From Deltaproteobacteria bacterium (GTDB lineage: Bacteria; Myxococcota; JACRCW01), in NCBI GenBank assembly GCA_016218805.1, contig JACRCW010000168.1, positions 58,886 to 78,885 of the forward strand: a DNA stretch of 20,000 bases, in the 5' to 3' direction. Positions 7,604 through 14,997 of this stretch are shown here, piece by piece. Below the pieces are notes generated by a model. It was not told where the DNA came from, did not search any database, and saw nothing but the letters and a program-made list of their open reading frames with translations. How positions within the stretch are numbered: the first letter of the stretch is position 1; each line of letters begins with the position of its first letter. Position numbers and translations under genes: made by a program.

Positions 7604-9307
7604 TCAGTCCAGCCAGCCCTGCAGGTAGGCGCGCCCGCTGTGGGGCTCCACAAACACCCAGCAGGCGGCTCCATCCGCCAGCGTGACCTCCTGGTAGTCC
7701 CGCTGCAGCGCGTCCTGGCGCCACCACTCTGTCCACAGCCGGCGGGCAGGCCGGATGTCCCGCACCACCGCGCCGCCGGGGTGCAGCGGTTGTCCCCGGC
7801 GGGGCCAGGCGGCCAGCAGCCTTGGGGTGGCCAGCACGCGCAGCGGGTGGTGCCCGGCGCGCGCCGGGGCGGGGGGCAGCAGGGGCAGCGGGGAAGCGGG
7901 CCCTTCCGGCGGCGGTGGTGGCGGGTCCCGGTCCGGGAACCAGGGGCTGCATAGCGCGGGGTTCATCCACACTTGGCTGGGCGGCGGGCGGGCGGGCTTG
8001 CGGGGACCCGGGGGGTCCTCCTCCAGGCCGGGCGGGGACAGGCGCGTGGCGTCTTCCGGGCGGTGGCTGCCGGACAGCCCCAGCAGGCCCACGCGGTCCG
8101 CGCCCAGCTCCGCCACCAGCTCCGCCCACAGGCGCGGCAGCCCATCCGGATCCGCGGGCCGCGCGCGCAGCCCGGGGGCGGATCCGTCCGCGGTGGCGGG
8201 GTCCACCGCGTCCACCTGCACGGGGGGCCGCTCCGTGGTGGCGGGGATCTCCAGCCGCAGGGACCGCACCGGCGCGGGCAGCACGGTGCGCTCCAGCAGC
8301 GGCCGCAGCGCGCCCAGCAGGTCTGCGGACAGCCACAGGGGCAGGGCCAGCGGCAGCTGCAGCCGGGTGTCCGCAACGGGCTGGGCGTGCGGGGCGGGCA
8401 CGTGCACCAGGGACAGGACCAGCTCCCGCGCGGCCAGCTGGCGGCCGGCCAGGCGGGCGGCCAGCGCGTCCACCGCGCGCTTGGCACAAAACACCAGCGG
8501 CTCCACGTCCTCCACCGGCGTGTCCGCAAACTCCACACCATGGGCCAGCCGCGCCGGGGGCTGGTGCGGCCGCAGCGGGCGCGCGTCCGCCAGCGTGTCC
8601 GTGCCCACCTCCAGCAGGCGCAGCCGCGGCGCCTCCGCGCCCAGCCGGCGCGCCAGCGCGTCCCGGGGCTGCCGCTGCAGGTCCGCCACCGTCCGCAGGC
8701 CCGCTGCGGCCAGCCACTGACGGGCCACCGGGCCAAAGCCCAGCGCCGCCGCCGGCAACTCCCGCAGCGCTGCCGCGCCGCCGCCCTGAGGCAACAGGCA
8801 GGGCGAGCGCGGTCCGTGGCGGGCCAGCGCCAGCGCCACTCCCGGGCCGTCCGCCAGCGCCAGCCGCGCCCGGTGCCCCCCCACCGCCAGCCGTGCCAGC
8901 ACCCCGTGCGCCCAGGCCTCCTCACCGCCAAACAGCGCCGCCGTCCCCGTCAGCTCCATGAGCAACGCGTCCGGCTCCGCCACCTCCACGCCGGGGCTGA
9001 ACACCAGCGCGGCCTCCGCCAGCCCCTCCAGGCAGGCGCGCGCCTCCCCGGCAAACACCACAGCCACCTGCAGCGCGGGCGCCATGGCGCGCGCCGCCGC
9101 CACCGTCAGGCCCGGGCGCAACCCCAGGCCCCGCGCCCTCCCGTCCACCTGCGCCAGCCGCGCGTGCGGTACCACCTCCGCGCCGCCCGCCCGCGGCCGC
9201 CGGCCAGGCTTGAGCGCCACAGCGCGCGGCGCATCTTCCCGGGCCGCAGCGGCCAGCTCCAGGAGCAGCTGCGGGAAGAACACGGCGGCCACGCGGCGCG
9301 CTGCCAT
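7604..9307 (-). CDS. imuB: ImuB, a catalytically inactive Y-family polymerase-like protein
   Basis: ARGLGLRPGLTVAAARAM, FSPGVEV, LLMELTGTAALFGGE, GLRTVADL, SHRPE, and the C-terminal EWW...RDY...CWVF...YLQGWLD. Start placed at ATG 9307, just downstream of the SOS-like box; the ORF track extends it to 9337. Confidence 0.88.
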   Translation of the reverse strand: MAARRVAAVFFPQLLLELAAAAREDAPRAVALKPGRRPRAGGAEVVPHARLAQVDGRARGLGLRPGLTVAAARAMAPALQVAVVFAGEARACLEGLAEAALVFSPGVEVAEPDALLMELTGTAALFGGEEAWAHGVLARLAVGGHRARLALADGPGVALALARHGPRSPCLLPQGGGAAALRELPAAALGFGPVARQWLAAAGLRTVADLQRQPRDALARRLGAEAPRLRLLEVGTDTLADARPLRPHQPPARLAHGVEFADTPVEDVEPLVFCAKRAVDALAARLAGRQLAARELVLSLVHVPAPHAQPVADTRLQLPLALPLWLSADLLGALRPLLERTVLPAPVRSLRLEIPATTERPPVQVDAVDPATADGSAPGLRARPADPDGLPRLWAELVAELGADRVGLLGLSGSHRPEDATRLSPPGLEEDPPGPRKPARPPPSQVWMNPALCSPWFPDRDPPPPPPEGPASPLPLLPPAPARAGHHPLRVLATPRLLAAWPRRGQPLHPGGAVVRDIRPARRLWTEWWRQDALQRDYQEVTLADGAACWVFVEPHSGRAYLQGWLD

Positions 9308-9308
9308 A

Positions 9309-9324
9309 CTGAACATGCTAGCAG
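9309..9324 (-). promoter_or_regulatory. LexA/SOS-like box overlapping the imuB extended -10
   Basis: Minus strand CTGCTAGCATGTTCAG (CTG-N10-CAG, with the GTTCAG half of the Myxococcus LexA motif). It contains TGcTAGCAT, with TTGCCG 16 nt upstream of the hexamer. Confidence 0.7.
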
Positions 9325-9355
9325 GCAAGCCCGCCACGGCAAGCCCACCCGGGGG

Positions 9356-9399
9356 AAAAACGCAGCGGGCGGGTGACTGATCCCAGTCAACCCGCCCGC
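9356..9399 (-). terminator. Rho-independent terminator of the Lys/Glu repeat gene
   Basis: On the + strand the stem reads GCGGGCGGG-TGACTG / ATCC / CAGTCA-A-CCCGCCCGC (9365-9399). On the minus strand it is followed by TGCG and a T5 tract. Confidence 0.7.
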
Positions 9400-9426
9400 G
9401 CTCAAAAGACCACTCGCTTTGAGGAA

Positions 9427-9834
9427 TCAGAGAGCCTTGGGGGCCTCTTCCTTCTTCTCGGCCTTCTTCTCTTCCTTCTTCTTCTTGTCGTCCTTCTTCT
9501 CTTCAGCAATGGCCTTGGGCGCCTCTTCCTTCTTCTCTTCCTTCTTCTCTTCCTTCTTCTCTTCCTTCTTCTTCTTGTCGTCCTTCTTCTCTTCAGCAAT
9601 GGCCTTGGGGGCCTCTTCCTTCTTCTCTTCCTTCTTCTTGTCGTCCTTCTTCTTCTTGTCGTCCTTCTTCTCTTCAATGGCCTTGGGGGCCTCTTCCTTC
9701 TTCTCCTCCTTCTTCTCCTCCTTCTTCTTCTTGTCGTCCTTCTTCTCGGCCACCGTGGCGGCCGGGGCGGCAATTGACGCGCCGGTGAAGGAGGTCAGGG
9801 CCAGGGCAATGAGTGAGTTGCGAACGATGCGCAT
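9427..9834 (-). CDS. Secreted low-complexity Lys/Glu/Asp-rich repeat protein (135 aa)
   Basis: ATG 9834 follows an AGGAAAGG SD. Sec signal MRIVRNSLIALALTSFTGASIA, then four units of the form EKKDDKKKK...EEKKEEAPKA(I/L). Confidence 0.8.
   Translation of the reverse strand: MRIVRNSLIALALTSFTGASIAAPAATVAEKKDDKKKKEEKKEEKKEEAPKAIEEKKDDKKKKDDKKKEEKKEEAPKAIAEEKKDDKKKKEEKKEEKKEEKKEEAPKAIAEEKKDDKKKKEEKKAEKKEEAPKAL
9430..9747. repeat. Four imperfect ~72-90 bp tandem units with nested 12-bp (EEKK-coding) repeats; polypyrimidine on the + strand
   Basis: GCCTTGGGnGCCTCTTCCTTCTTCTC recurs near 9434, 9512, 9602 and 9680, and TTCTTGTCGTCCTTCTTC also recurs. Confidence 0.9.
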
Positions 9835-9952
9835 CGGTGTGAACCTTTCCTTGCAGAGAGAAGCCCTTGGGATGGGGTGCTTCTTCGTGTCCAGCGCCTC
9901 CATCCTGAGTCCCTGAGGGAGGCCACCGGGTTGTGGGTTGACTCAAAGACGC

Positions 9953-9985
9953 CACAGACCAGCCCCCTTATTCAAGGGGTCTGTG
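9953..9985 (-). terminator. Hairpin immediately downstream of the imuA stop (possible terminator)
   Basis: CACAGACC...CCTT-ATTC-AAGG-GGTCTGTG inverted repeat. Only a weak U tract (GTCTTT) follows on the minus strand. Confidence 0.4.
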
Positions 9986-9986
9986 A

Positions 9987-10649
9987 TCAATGTCCCACGG
10001 CGGGCAGAAACGGCCAGGAGAGCCCCACGTGGCCGGATTGGTGGGAACCCCGCTGTTTTTCAATAAAAACAACAATTTGAGAGTGGCTCTGCCGGCTGAG
10101 CCGCAGGCGGAGGGCGGCGGGCAGGGGCAGGGTGGCCCCGTCCGCCCAGGCGCCGGAGAGCAGCAGCACCGCGCAGGAGGCCTCCTGCGCGGCCACGGAG
10201 AGGCGGCGGACGGCCAGCTCCGGAGCCTGGGCGGGTGCCGTCTCCACCTGGTCCACCACCACCACGCGGAAGGCCCGGCTGCGCACCAGGCGCAATGCCA
10301 CCGCCGCGGCGTGCGCGGGCTCAGACGGCCGTACGCACCACAGCACCCCGGGCGGGATCCCCGCCGCCACCGCGCCGGGGCCGTGCAGCGTCCCCATCCC
10401 GTCCACCACCACGGCCCGGGCGTGCGGCACCCGCAGCGCTTCTGCGCAGACCCGCAGCGCCAGGGACATCCCACCGTGACCCGGTGCCGCGCGGATCTCC
10501 GTGACCCCGCCCAGCGGCAGGCCCCCCTGGGCCAGCGCCCCGTCCAGGGCCGGGATCCCCACCGGTTGGACCGGGGCCGGCAGAACCTCCGCCTCCCCTC
10601 CGGGGAGACCGCGCCACCACTGGGGGGTGACCACTGCCGGGCTGCCCAT
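9987..10649 (-). CDS. imuA: ImuA, a RecA-like mutagenesis accessory protein
   Basis: GIPALDGALAQGGLPLGGVTEI, degenerate Walker A (APGHGGMS), LVRSRAFRVVVVD, RRLSVAAQEASCAVLLL, EKQRG. Start ATG 10649 follows GGAGG; alternatives are 10655 and 10694. Confidence 0.85.
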   Translation of the reverse strand: MGSPAVVTPQWWRGLPGGEAEVLPAPVQPVGIPALDGALAQGGLPLGGVTEIRAAPGHGGMSLALRVCAEALRVPHARAVVVDGMGTLHGPGAVAAGIPPGVLWCVRPSEPAHAAAVALRLVRSRAFRVVVVDQVETAPAQAPELAVRRLSVAAQEASCAVLLLSGAWADGATLPLPAALRLRLSRQSHSQIVVFIEKQRGSHQSGHVGLSWPFLPAVGH

Positions 10650-10693
10650 GGCCATGCCCTCCACGGGGGCTCTCCCCCCCGGGGAACCCTTCA

Positions 10694-10728
10694 CTGAACA
10701 TATTATCAGTCAGTGCAGAGGCTGCCAA
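10694..10728 (-). promoter_or_regulatory. imuA sigma70 promoter with an overlapping LexA/SOS-like box
   Basis: Minus strand TTGGCA-17 nt-TAATAT with TGn extension. Box CTGATAATATGTTCAG at 10709-10694 (CTG-N10-CAG). Confidence 0.75.
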
Positions 10729-10736
10729 GCCCGCCG

Positions 10737-12302
10737 TCAGCGTTTGCGGGCCTTCTTGCGGGCCGCCTTCTCCGCCTTGCGCTTGGCCTTCTTGTCCTTG
10801 TCACTGCCGCCCTTGCGTGACGCGCCCACGCTGGTGGTGGCGTAGTACCCGGGCGGCGGCGCCAGCGGGCGGTTGGTCCCGGCAAACGGGTCCACCCCGC
10901 CAAACAGCTGCTTCATGTCCGGCCCGCCGGGCATCCCCCGCATGGCGCCCAGCTGCTTGAAGCCGGGGATGCGGTTCAAGAAACCCGCGTTCTGCCCCAG
11001 CGCCTGCATCATCTGCTTCATCATCTTGAAGCGGCCCAACAGGTCATCCACGTCCTTGGGCGTGCGCCCGCTCCCGCGCGCAATGCGGCGCTTGCGGGAG
11101 GTGTCAATGAGGTCCGGCTTGCGGCGCTCGTCCACCGTCATGGAGTGGACAATGGACTCAAACTTCACCAGCTCCTTGTCGTCCACCTGCTGGCCTTCCG
11201 GGACGGCCTCGCTCATGAAGGGGATCTTCTCCACCAGCTCCTTGAGGCTCCCCATCTTCTTGAGCGTCTTGACCTGCTCCAGGAAGTCCACCAGGTTGAA
11301 CTGGCCGCGCATCATGCGCAGCGCGTCCTTCTCCGCCTTGTCCTCGTCAACCACCTCCTCAAAATCCTTGATGAGGCCGACGATGTCCCCCAGGCCCAGG
11401 ATGCGGGACGCGAGCCCCTGCGGGCGGAACTCCTCCAGCTTGTCCAGCGTCTCGCCCACGCCCAGGAACTTGATGGGCTTGCCGGTGACCTCCTTGATGG
11501 ACAGCGCCGCGCCGCCGCGCGCGTCCCCGTCCAGCTTGGTCATGATGAAGCCGGTGAGGTCCAGGCGGCGGTTGAACTCCGCCGCCGTGCGCACCGCGTC
11601 CTGGCCAATCATGGAATCCACAACGAGGAAGATGTTGTCCGGCTTGGTGCGCGCCTTGATGTCCTCCAGCTCGCGCATCAGCTCTTCGTCAATGGCCAGC
11701 CGGCCGGCGGTGTCAAAGATGACCGCGTTGCGGCCGGTCTCGCGGGCCACCGCCATGGCCTTCTCGCACAGCTCCGGGGGCTTCAGACCGGGCTCATGGA
11801 ACACCGGCATCTGCAGCTTGTCCCCCAGGGCGCGCAGCTGGTCCACGGCGGCGGGGCGGTAGATGTCCGCGGCCACCAGCAGCGGCCGCAGCTTCTTGCC
11901 GTCCAGCCAGCGCGCCAGCTTGCCCGCGGTGGTGGTCTTGCCGGACCCCTGCAGCCCCACCATCATCACCTTGGTGAGCGGCTTCTGGACCGTGATGGAC
12001 GTGTCCACCGGGCCCATCAGCGCTTCCAGTTCCTCATGGCAGATGCCGTTGAAGCGGTCCTGCGGGCTGAGCTTCACCCGCTTGCCGTGGCCGTCCTTCA
12101 CCTCCAGGCCCACCACCTGCCCCAGGGACTTGTCCCGCACGCGGTCCATGAAGGACTTCACCACGCCCAGGTCCACGTCCGCCTCCAGCAGGCTGACGCG
12201 GATGTCCTTGAGCGCCTCGTCCACGAGCTCACTGTTGAGCTCCGCCTTGCCTTGCAGCTTCAGGCGGGCGTTCTTGAACCCTCTTGTGACGGTTTCCAGC
12301 AT
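10737..12302 (-). CDS. ffh: Signal recognition particle protein Ffh (SRP54)
   Basis: Start ATG 12302 (MLETVTRGF). LLEADV, GLQGSGKTT, DIYRPAA, DTAGR, TKLDGDARGGAALS, an M domain with RRIARGSG, and a Lys-rich tail. Confidence 0.97.
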   Translation of the reverse strand: MLETVTRGFKNARLKLQGKAELNSELVDEALKDIRVSLLEADVDLGVVKSFMDRVRDKSLGQVVGLEVKDGHGKRVKLSPQDRFNGICHEELEALMGPVDTSITVQKPLTKVMMVGLQGSGKTTTAGKLARWLDGKKLRPLLVAADIYRPAAVDQLRALGDKLQMPVFHEPGLKPPELCEKAMAVARETGRNAVIFDTAGRLAIDEELMRELEDIKARTKPDNIFLVVDSMIGQDAVRTAAEFNRRLDLTGFIMTKLDGDARGGAALSIKEVTGKPIKFLGVGETLDKLEEFRPQGLASRILGLGDIVGLIKDFEEVVDEDKAEKDALRMMRGQFNLVDFLEQVKTLKKMGSLKELVEKIPFMSEAVPEGQQVDDKELVKFESIVHSMTVDERRKPDLIDTSRKRRIARGSGRTPKDVDDLLGRFKMMKQMMQALGQNAGFLNRIPGFKQLGAMRGMPGGPDMKQLFGGVDPFAGTNRPLAPPPGYYATTSVGASRKGGSDKDKKAKRKAEKAARKKARKR

Positions 12303-12375
12303 GGCGGCGTTGTCCGGGATGTCCCCCGACGACACGCCGGGGGGCCGCCCTCTATGGCAGGACCGCAGGGGCCGT

Positions 12376-12951
12376 TCAACCCACCGTGTGGGGGCCGGGC
12401 AGGCGCCGCCGGGTCCGCGCACGGGCCGCCAGCGGCAGCAGCGCCGGGCGCTGGAACGCCAGCGGCGGCAGGTCCAGGTCCGCCGGGGGCAGCACCGGTG
12501 CCGTCCAGGCGGGCCAGTCCTCCAGCAGGTGGTGACAGCGGTGCCCCAGGCGGCGGGCCAGCGCCAGCCGCCGCGCCAGCACGCGGGCCGGGATCCTCCC
12601 CTCCTCCGCGCTGATGCGGGACAGCAGGCGCGCGTAGCGCCCCAGTGAGCGGGTGACGTGGTGGCGCTCGCCCAGGGCCGCGCGCGCGCGGTGGTGCCAG
12701 CGCTCCACCTCCGCCAGCACTTCACGTTCACGGCGGCACAGCCCCAAAAGGTGCATGGCGCGGAAGCCCAGCCACAACACCGCCAGCGCCGGCGAACTGG
12801 CCGGATCCATCACCGCCCAGGCCACCACCGCCACGCCCACCATGGCCTGCAGCACACTGGGTGAGGGCTCCAGGTCCGGCAGGCCTGGGGAGGTGAGCGC
12901 CTGTTCGCGGCCGGTGCTGATGGCCACGGACGTCATGGGAACGGCGTCCAT
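12376..12951 (-). CDS. Hypothetical membrane protein (191 aa)
   Basis: Fills the gap between the PEGA gene and ffh. Two hydrophobic segments (AMVGVAVVAWAVM; ALAVLWLGF). ATG 12951 has TAGGAT 7 nt upstream. Confidence 0.5.
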   Translation of the reverse strand: MDAVPMTSVAISTGREQALTSPGLPDLEPSPSVLQAMVGVAVVAWAVMDPASSPALAVLWLGFRAMHLLGLCRREREVLAEVERWHHRARAALGERHHVTRSLGRYARLLSRISAEEGRIPARVLARRLALARRLGHRCHHLLEDWPAWTAPVLPPADLDLPPLAFQRPALLPLAARARTRRRLPGPHTVG

Positions 12952-12992
12952 GAACCCAATCCTAGCCGCTTGCGCGGACGCCGCCAGCCGGA

Positions 12993-14075
12993 TCAGCGGA
13001 ACAGCAGGCCCACCGCCACGCCGGCCGCCAGCAGAAAGGCCCCCAGCGGCAGCAGCAGCAGCCCCAGCCCGCCCACCCCCAGACCGCCCACGCTGGTGGG
13101 ATAGACCAGCGGCGCGCCAAACCGGATGGCGGCCTGGACGGTCCACACCAGCGCATACAGCGCCGCGCTCACGCCCAGCAGCACCAGCCCCGCCACCGCC
13201 GTCAGCGCGCCCGCGCCCAGCCCCACCCCACCTGCCCCCAGCAGGCCCAGGCGCGCGGGCCCGGCCCAGGCTGGCGGACCGGCGGTGGCGGGCGCGGCCG
13301 GCTTGTCGGCGGGCGCAGGAACCGGTGCCGGGGCGGGCGCGGCCACTGCAGGGGGCGCCTTGCGCGGCTCCGGCTCCAGTGCCACCTCCAGGCGGACGGC
13401 GTCACCGGCGGTGATGTCCACGCCGCGCGCCTGCGGCAGGTACCCCTCCAGCGTGAGGGTCACCTCGTGGTGGCCCTCCGGCACGGCGGAGCGGGTGACC
13501 GGCGCGGGTCCCAGCGCAACCCCATCCAGCACCACCAGCGCGCCCGCGGGGACGCTGACCACCTCCAGGGCGGCCGGGCGCACCGGACCCAGCACGCCGC
13601 GCACCGCGGCGGCGGCGTCCGCCACCATGGTCTTGTCATTCCTGAGGGAGGCGCCGGTCTTCTGCTGGGAGCGGTCCGGCCGGAACTGCACCAGCAGCAG
13701 CGCAAGATCCCGGTTCCTGCCCCCTCCCAGCGTGGCCACCAGCACCGAATCCGCGCGGACCACCTCACCCATGCGCATCACGCAGTCCACGTCCACCTTC
13801 TTGCAGGACAGCGCCACGATGAGTTCGTCCACCGTCACCGGCGGCGGCTCCTGCCAGACGTAGCCCGCTGAGCGGGCCACCTCGCGCTTGATGCCCTCCA
13901 GCAGCACGCCTTGCGCAGCCGCGGACAGGGCCGGCGCATCCAACAGCACCACCAGGCTGCGCGGCCGGGCGGGGGCCTTGGGCGCCTGCGCCTTGCCCGC
14001 CGAGCCCTTGGCAGGCCCCTTGGCCGGCGCGGGTGCGCCGATCAGCAACCCCGCGGCCAGAAGCAGTGGCAGCAC
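12993..14075 (-). CDS. PEGA-domain protein with signal peptide and C-terminal hydrophobic helices
   Basis: LEVVSVPAGALVVLDG..LGPAP...GHHEVTLTLEGY is a PEGA signature. Pro/Ala linker, Gly-rich TM segments at the C-terminus, GGAG SD. Confidence 0.8.
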   Translation of the reverse strand: MLPLLLAAGLLIGAPAPAKGPAKGSAGKAQAPKAPARPRSLVVLLDAPALSAAAQGVLLEGIKREVARSAGYVWQEPPPVTVDELIVALSCKKVDVDCVMRMGEVVRADSVLVATLGGGRNRDLALLLVQFRPDRSQQKTGASLRNDKTMVADAAAAVRGVLGPVRPAALEVVSVPAGALVVLDGVALGPAPVTRSAVPEGHHEVTLTLEGYLPQARGVDITAGDAVRLEVALEPEPRKAPPAVAAPAPAPVPAPADKPAAPATAGPPAWAGPARLGLLGAGGVGLGAGALTAVAGLVLLGVSAALYALVWTVQAAIRFGAPLVYPTSVGGLGVGGLGLLLLPLGAFLLAAGVAVGLLFR

Positions 14076-14212
14076 GCGCCGTCTCCCTGGGTGATGGACC
14101 GCCCGAGGCTACCACCCACGCCGCGGCGGGCGGTAGCGCGCGTTTCGCGGGCGGCGGCGCGAGCGCCCCGCCGTCCGTGAGGGGTCCGGCCGCGGCCCGG
14201 CGAGGCCTCCCC

Positions 14213-14986
14213 TCAGCGGCGGGCCGGCGTGGCGGCGGCCGCGCAGTGTGGGCAGCCCTGGCGCGCGTACAGCGGTTGCACGCGCGTGGTGCCCGCCAGC
14301 AGGTCCAGCGTCAGCAGGCGCGCCGTGAGGGGCTGCCCCACCCCCAGCAGGACTTTCACCGCCTCCGCCGCCATCACGGCACCCACCGCACCGCACGCGG
14401 CCCCCAGCACGCCGGCATCCTGGCAGCGCTCAGCCGGGGGCGGCTCATCAAACAGGCAGCGCAGGCACGGCCGGCCCCCGGCGGGGATCACCGTCACCTG
14501 GCCGCCCCAGCGCACCGCGCCGCCGTGCACCAGCGGTACCGCGCAGCGCAGTGCCGTGTCCTGGAGGATGAACTTGGTGGCCGGGTCATCCGTGCAATCC
14601 ACCACCACCCGGTGCGCCCCGACGATGCCGCGCGCGTTGCGCTCCGTCAGCCGCATCTCCATGGCGGCCACCGCCACGTGCGGCTGCAGCGCGCGCACCC
14701 GCTCCTGCAGCACCGCCGCCTTGGGCCGGCCCGCGTCCTGGGTGTGGAACAGCAGCTGGCGGTTGAGGTTGGTCTCCTCCACGTCGTCATCATCCATCAG
14801 CGTGAGGTGCCCCACGCCGGCGCCGGCCAGGTAGGCCGCCACCGGGTGGCCCAGCCCGCCGCACCCCACCACCAACGCGCGGCTGCCCAGCAGCGTGCGC
14901 AACCCGGCCACGCCCACCTCAGCCAGCGCGCGTGTGCGCGCCAGGCGCCGCTGCACGCCACCCTGTTCCAGCACAGAAGGGTCCAT
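14213..14986 (-). CDS. ThiF/MoeB/HesA family adenylyltransferase (no rhodanese domain)
   Basis: VVGCGGLG, DDDDVEETNLNRQ, DCTD, CLRC and CPHC Zn motifs, RCQDAGVLG; GAGGAG SD. Confidence 0.9.
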   Translation of the reverse strand: MDPSVLEQGGVQRRLARTRALAEVGVAGLRTLLGSRALVVGCGGLGHPVAAYLAGAGVGHLTLMDDDDVEETNLNRQLLFHTQDAGRPKAAVLQERVRALQPHVAVAAMEMRLTERNARGIVGAHRVVVDCTDDPATKFILQDTALRCAVPLVHGGAVRWGGQVTVIPAGGRPCLRCLFDEPPPAERCQDAGVLGAACGAVGAVMAAEAVKVLLGVGQPLTARLLTLDLLAGTTRVQPLYARQGCPHCAAAATPARR

Positions 14987-14997
14987 GGACGGGCTCC

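Noticed and set aside
7595..7604. No dnaE2/imuC after imuB
   Set aside because: dnaE2 is also separated from imuAB in M. xanthus, so it is probably elsewhere in the genome; not novel on its own.
9373..9916. Alternative-frame ORFs over the repeat (poly-Leu/Phe, poly-Ser/Phe, poly-Arg)
   Set aside because: These are shadows of the low-complexity repeat. Only the K/E frame has an SD, a signal peptide and a downstream terminator.
10455..10500. Degenerate Walker A in the RecA-like protein suggesting a pseudogene
   Set aside because: A degenerate Walker A is a normal feature of ImuA proteins, and the frame is intact.
12303..12375. SRP RNA (ffs) near ffh
   Set aside because: I found no CAGG...GGAAG.AGCAG domain-IV motif in the intergenic regions.
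12303..12731. N-terminal extension of Ffh in the ORF track (664 aa)
   Set aside because: Ffh similarity begins at MLETVTRGF (12302), and the extension overlaps another plausible gene.
14213..14986. ThiF protein as part of a ubiquitin-like or CBASS defence system
   Set aside because: No E2, JAB, ubiquitin-like or cyclase gene is present, and the sequence looks like an ordinary MoeB/ThiF.
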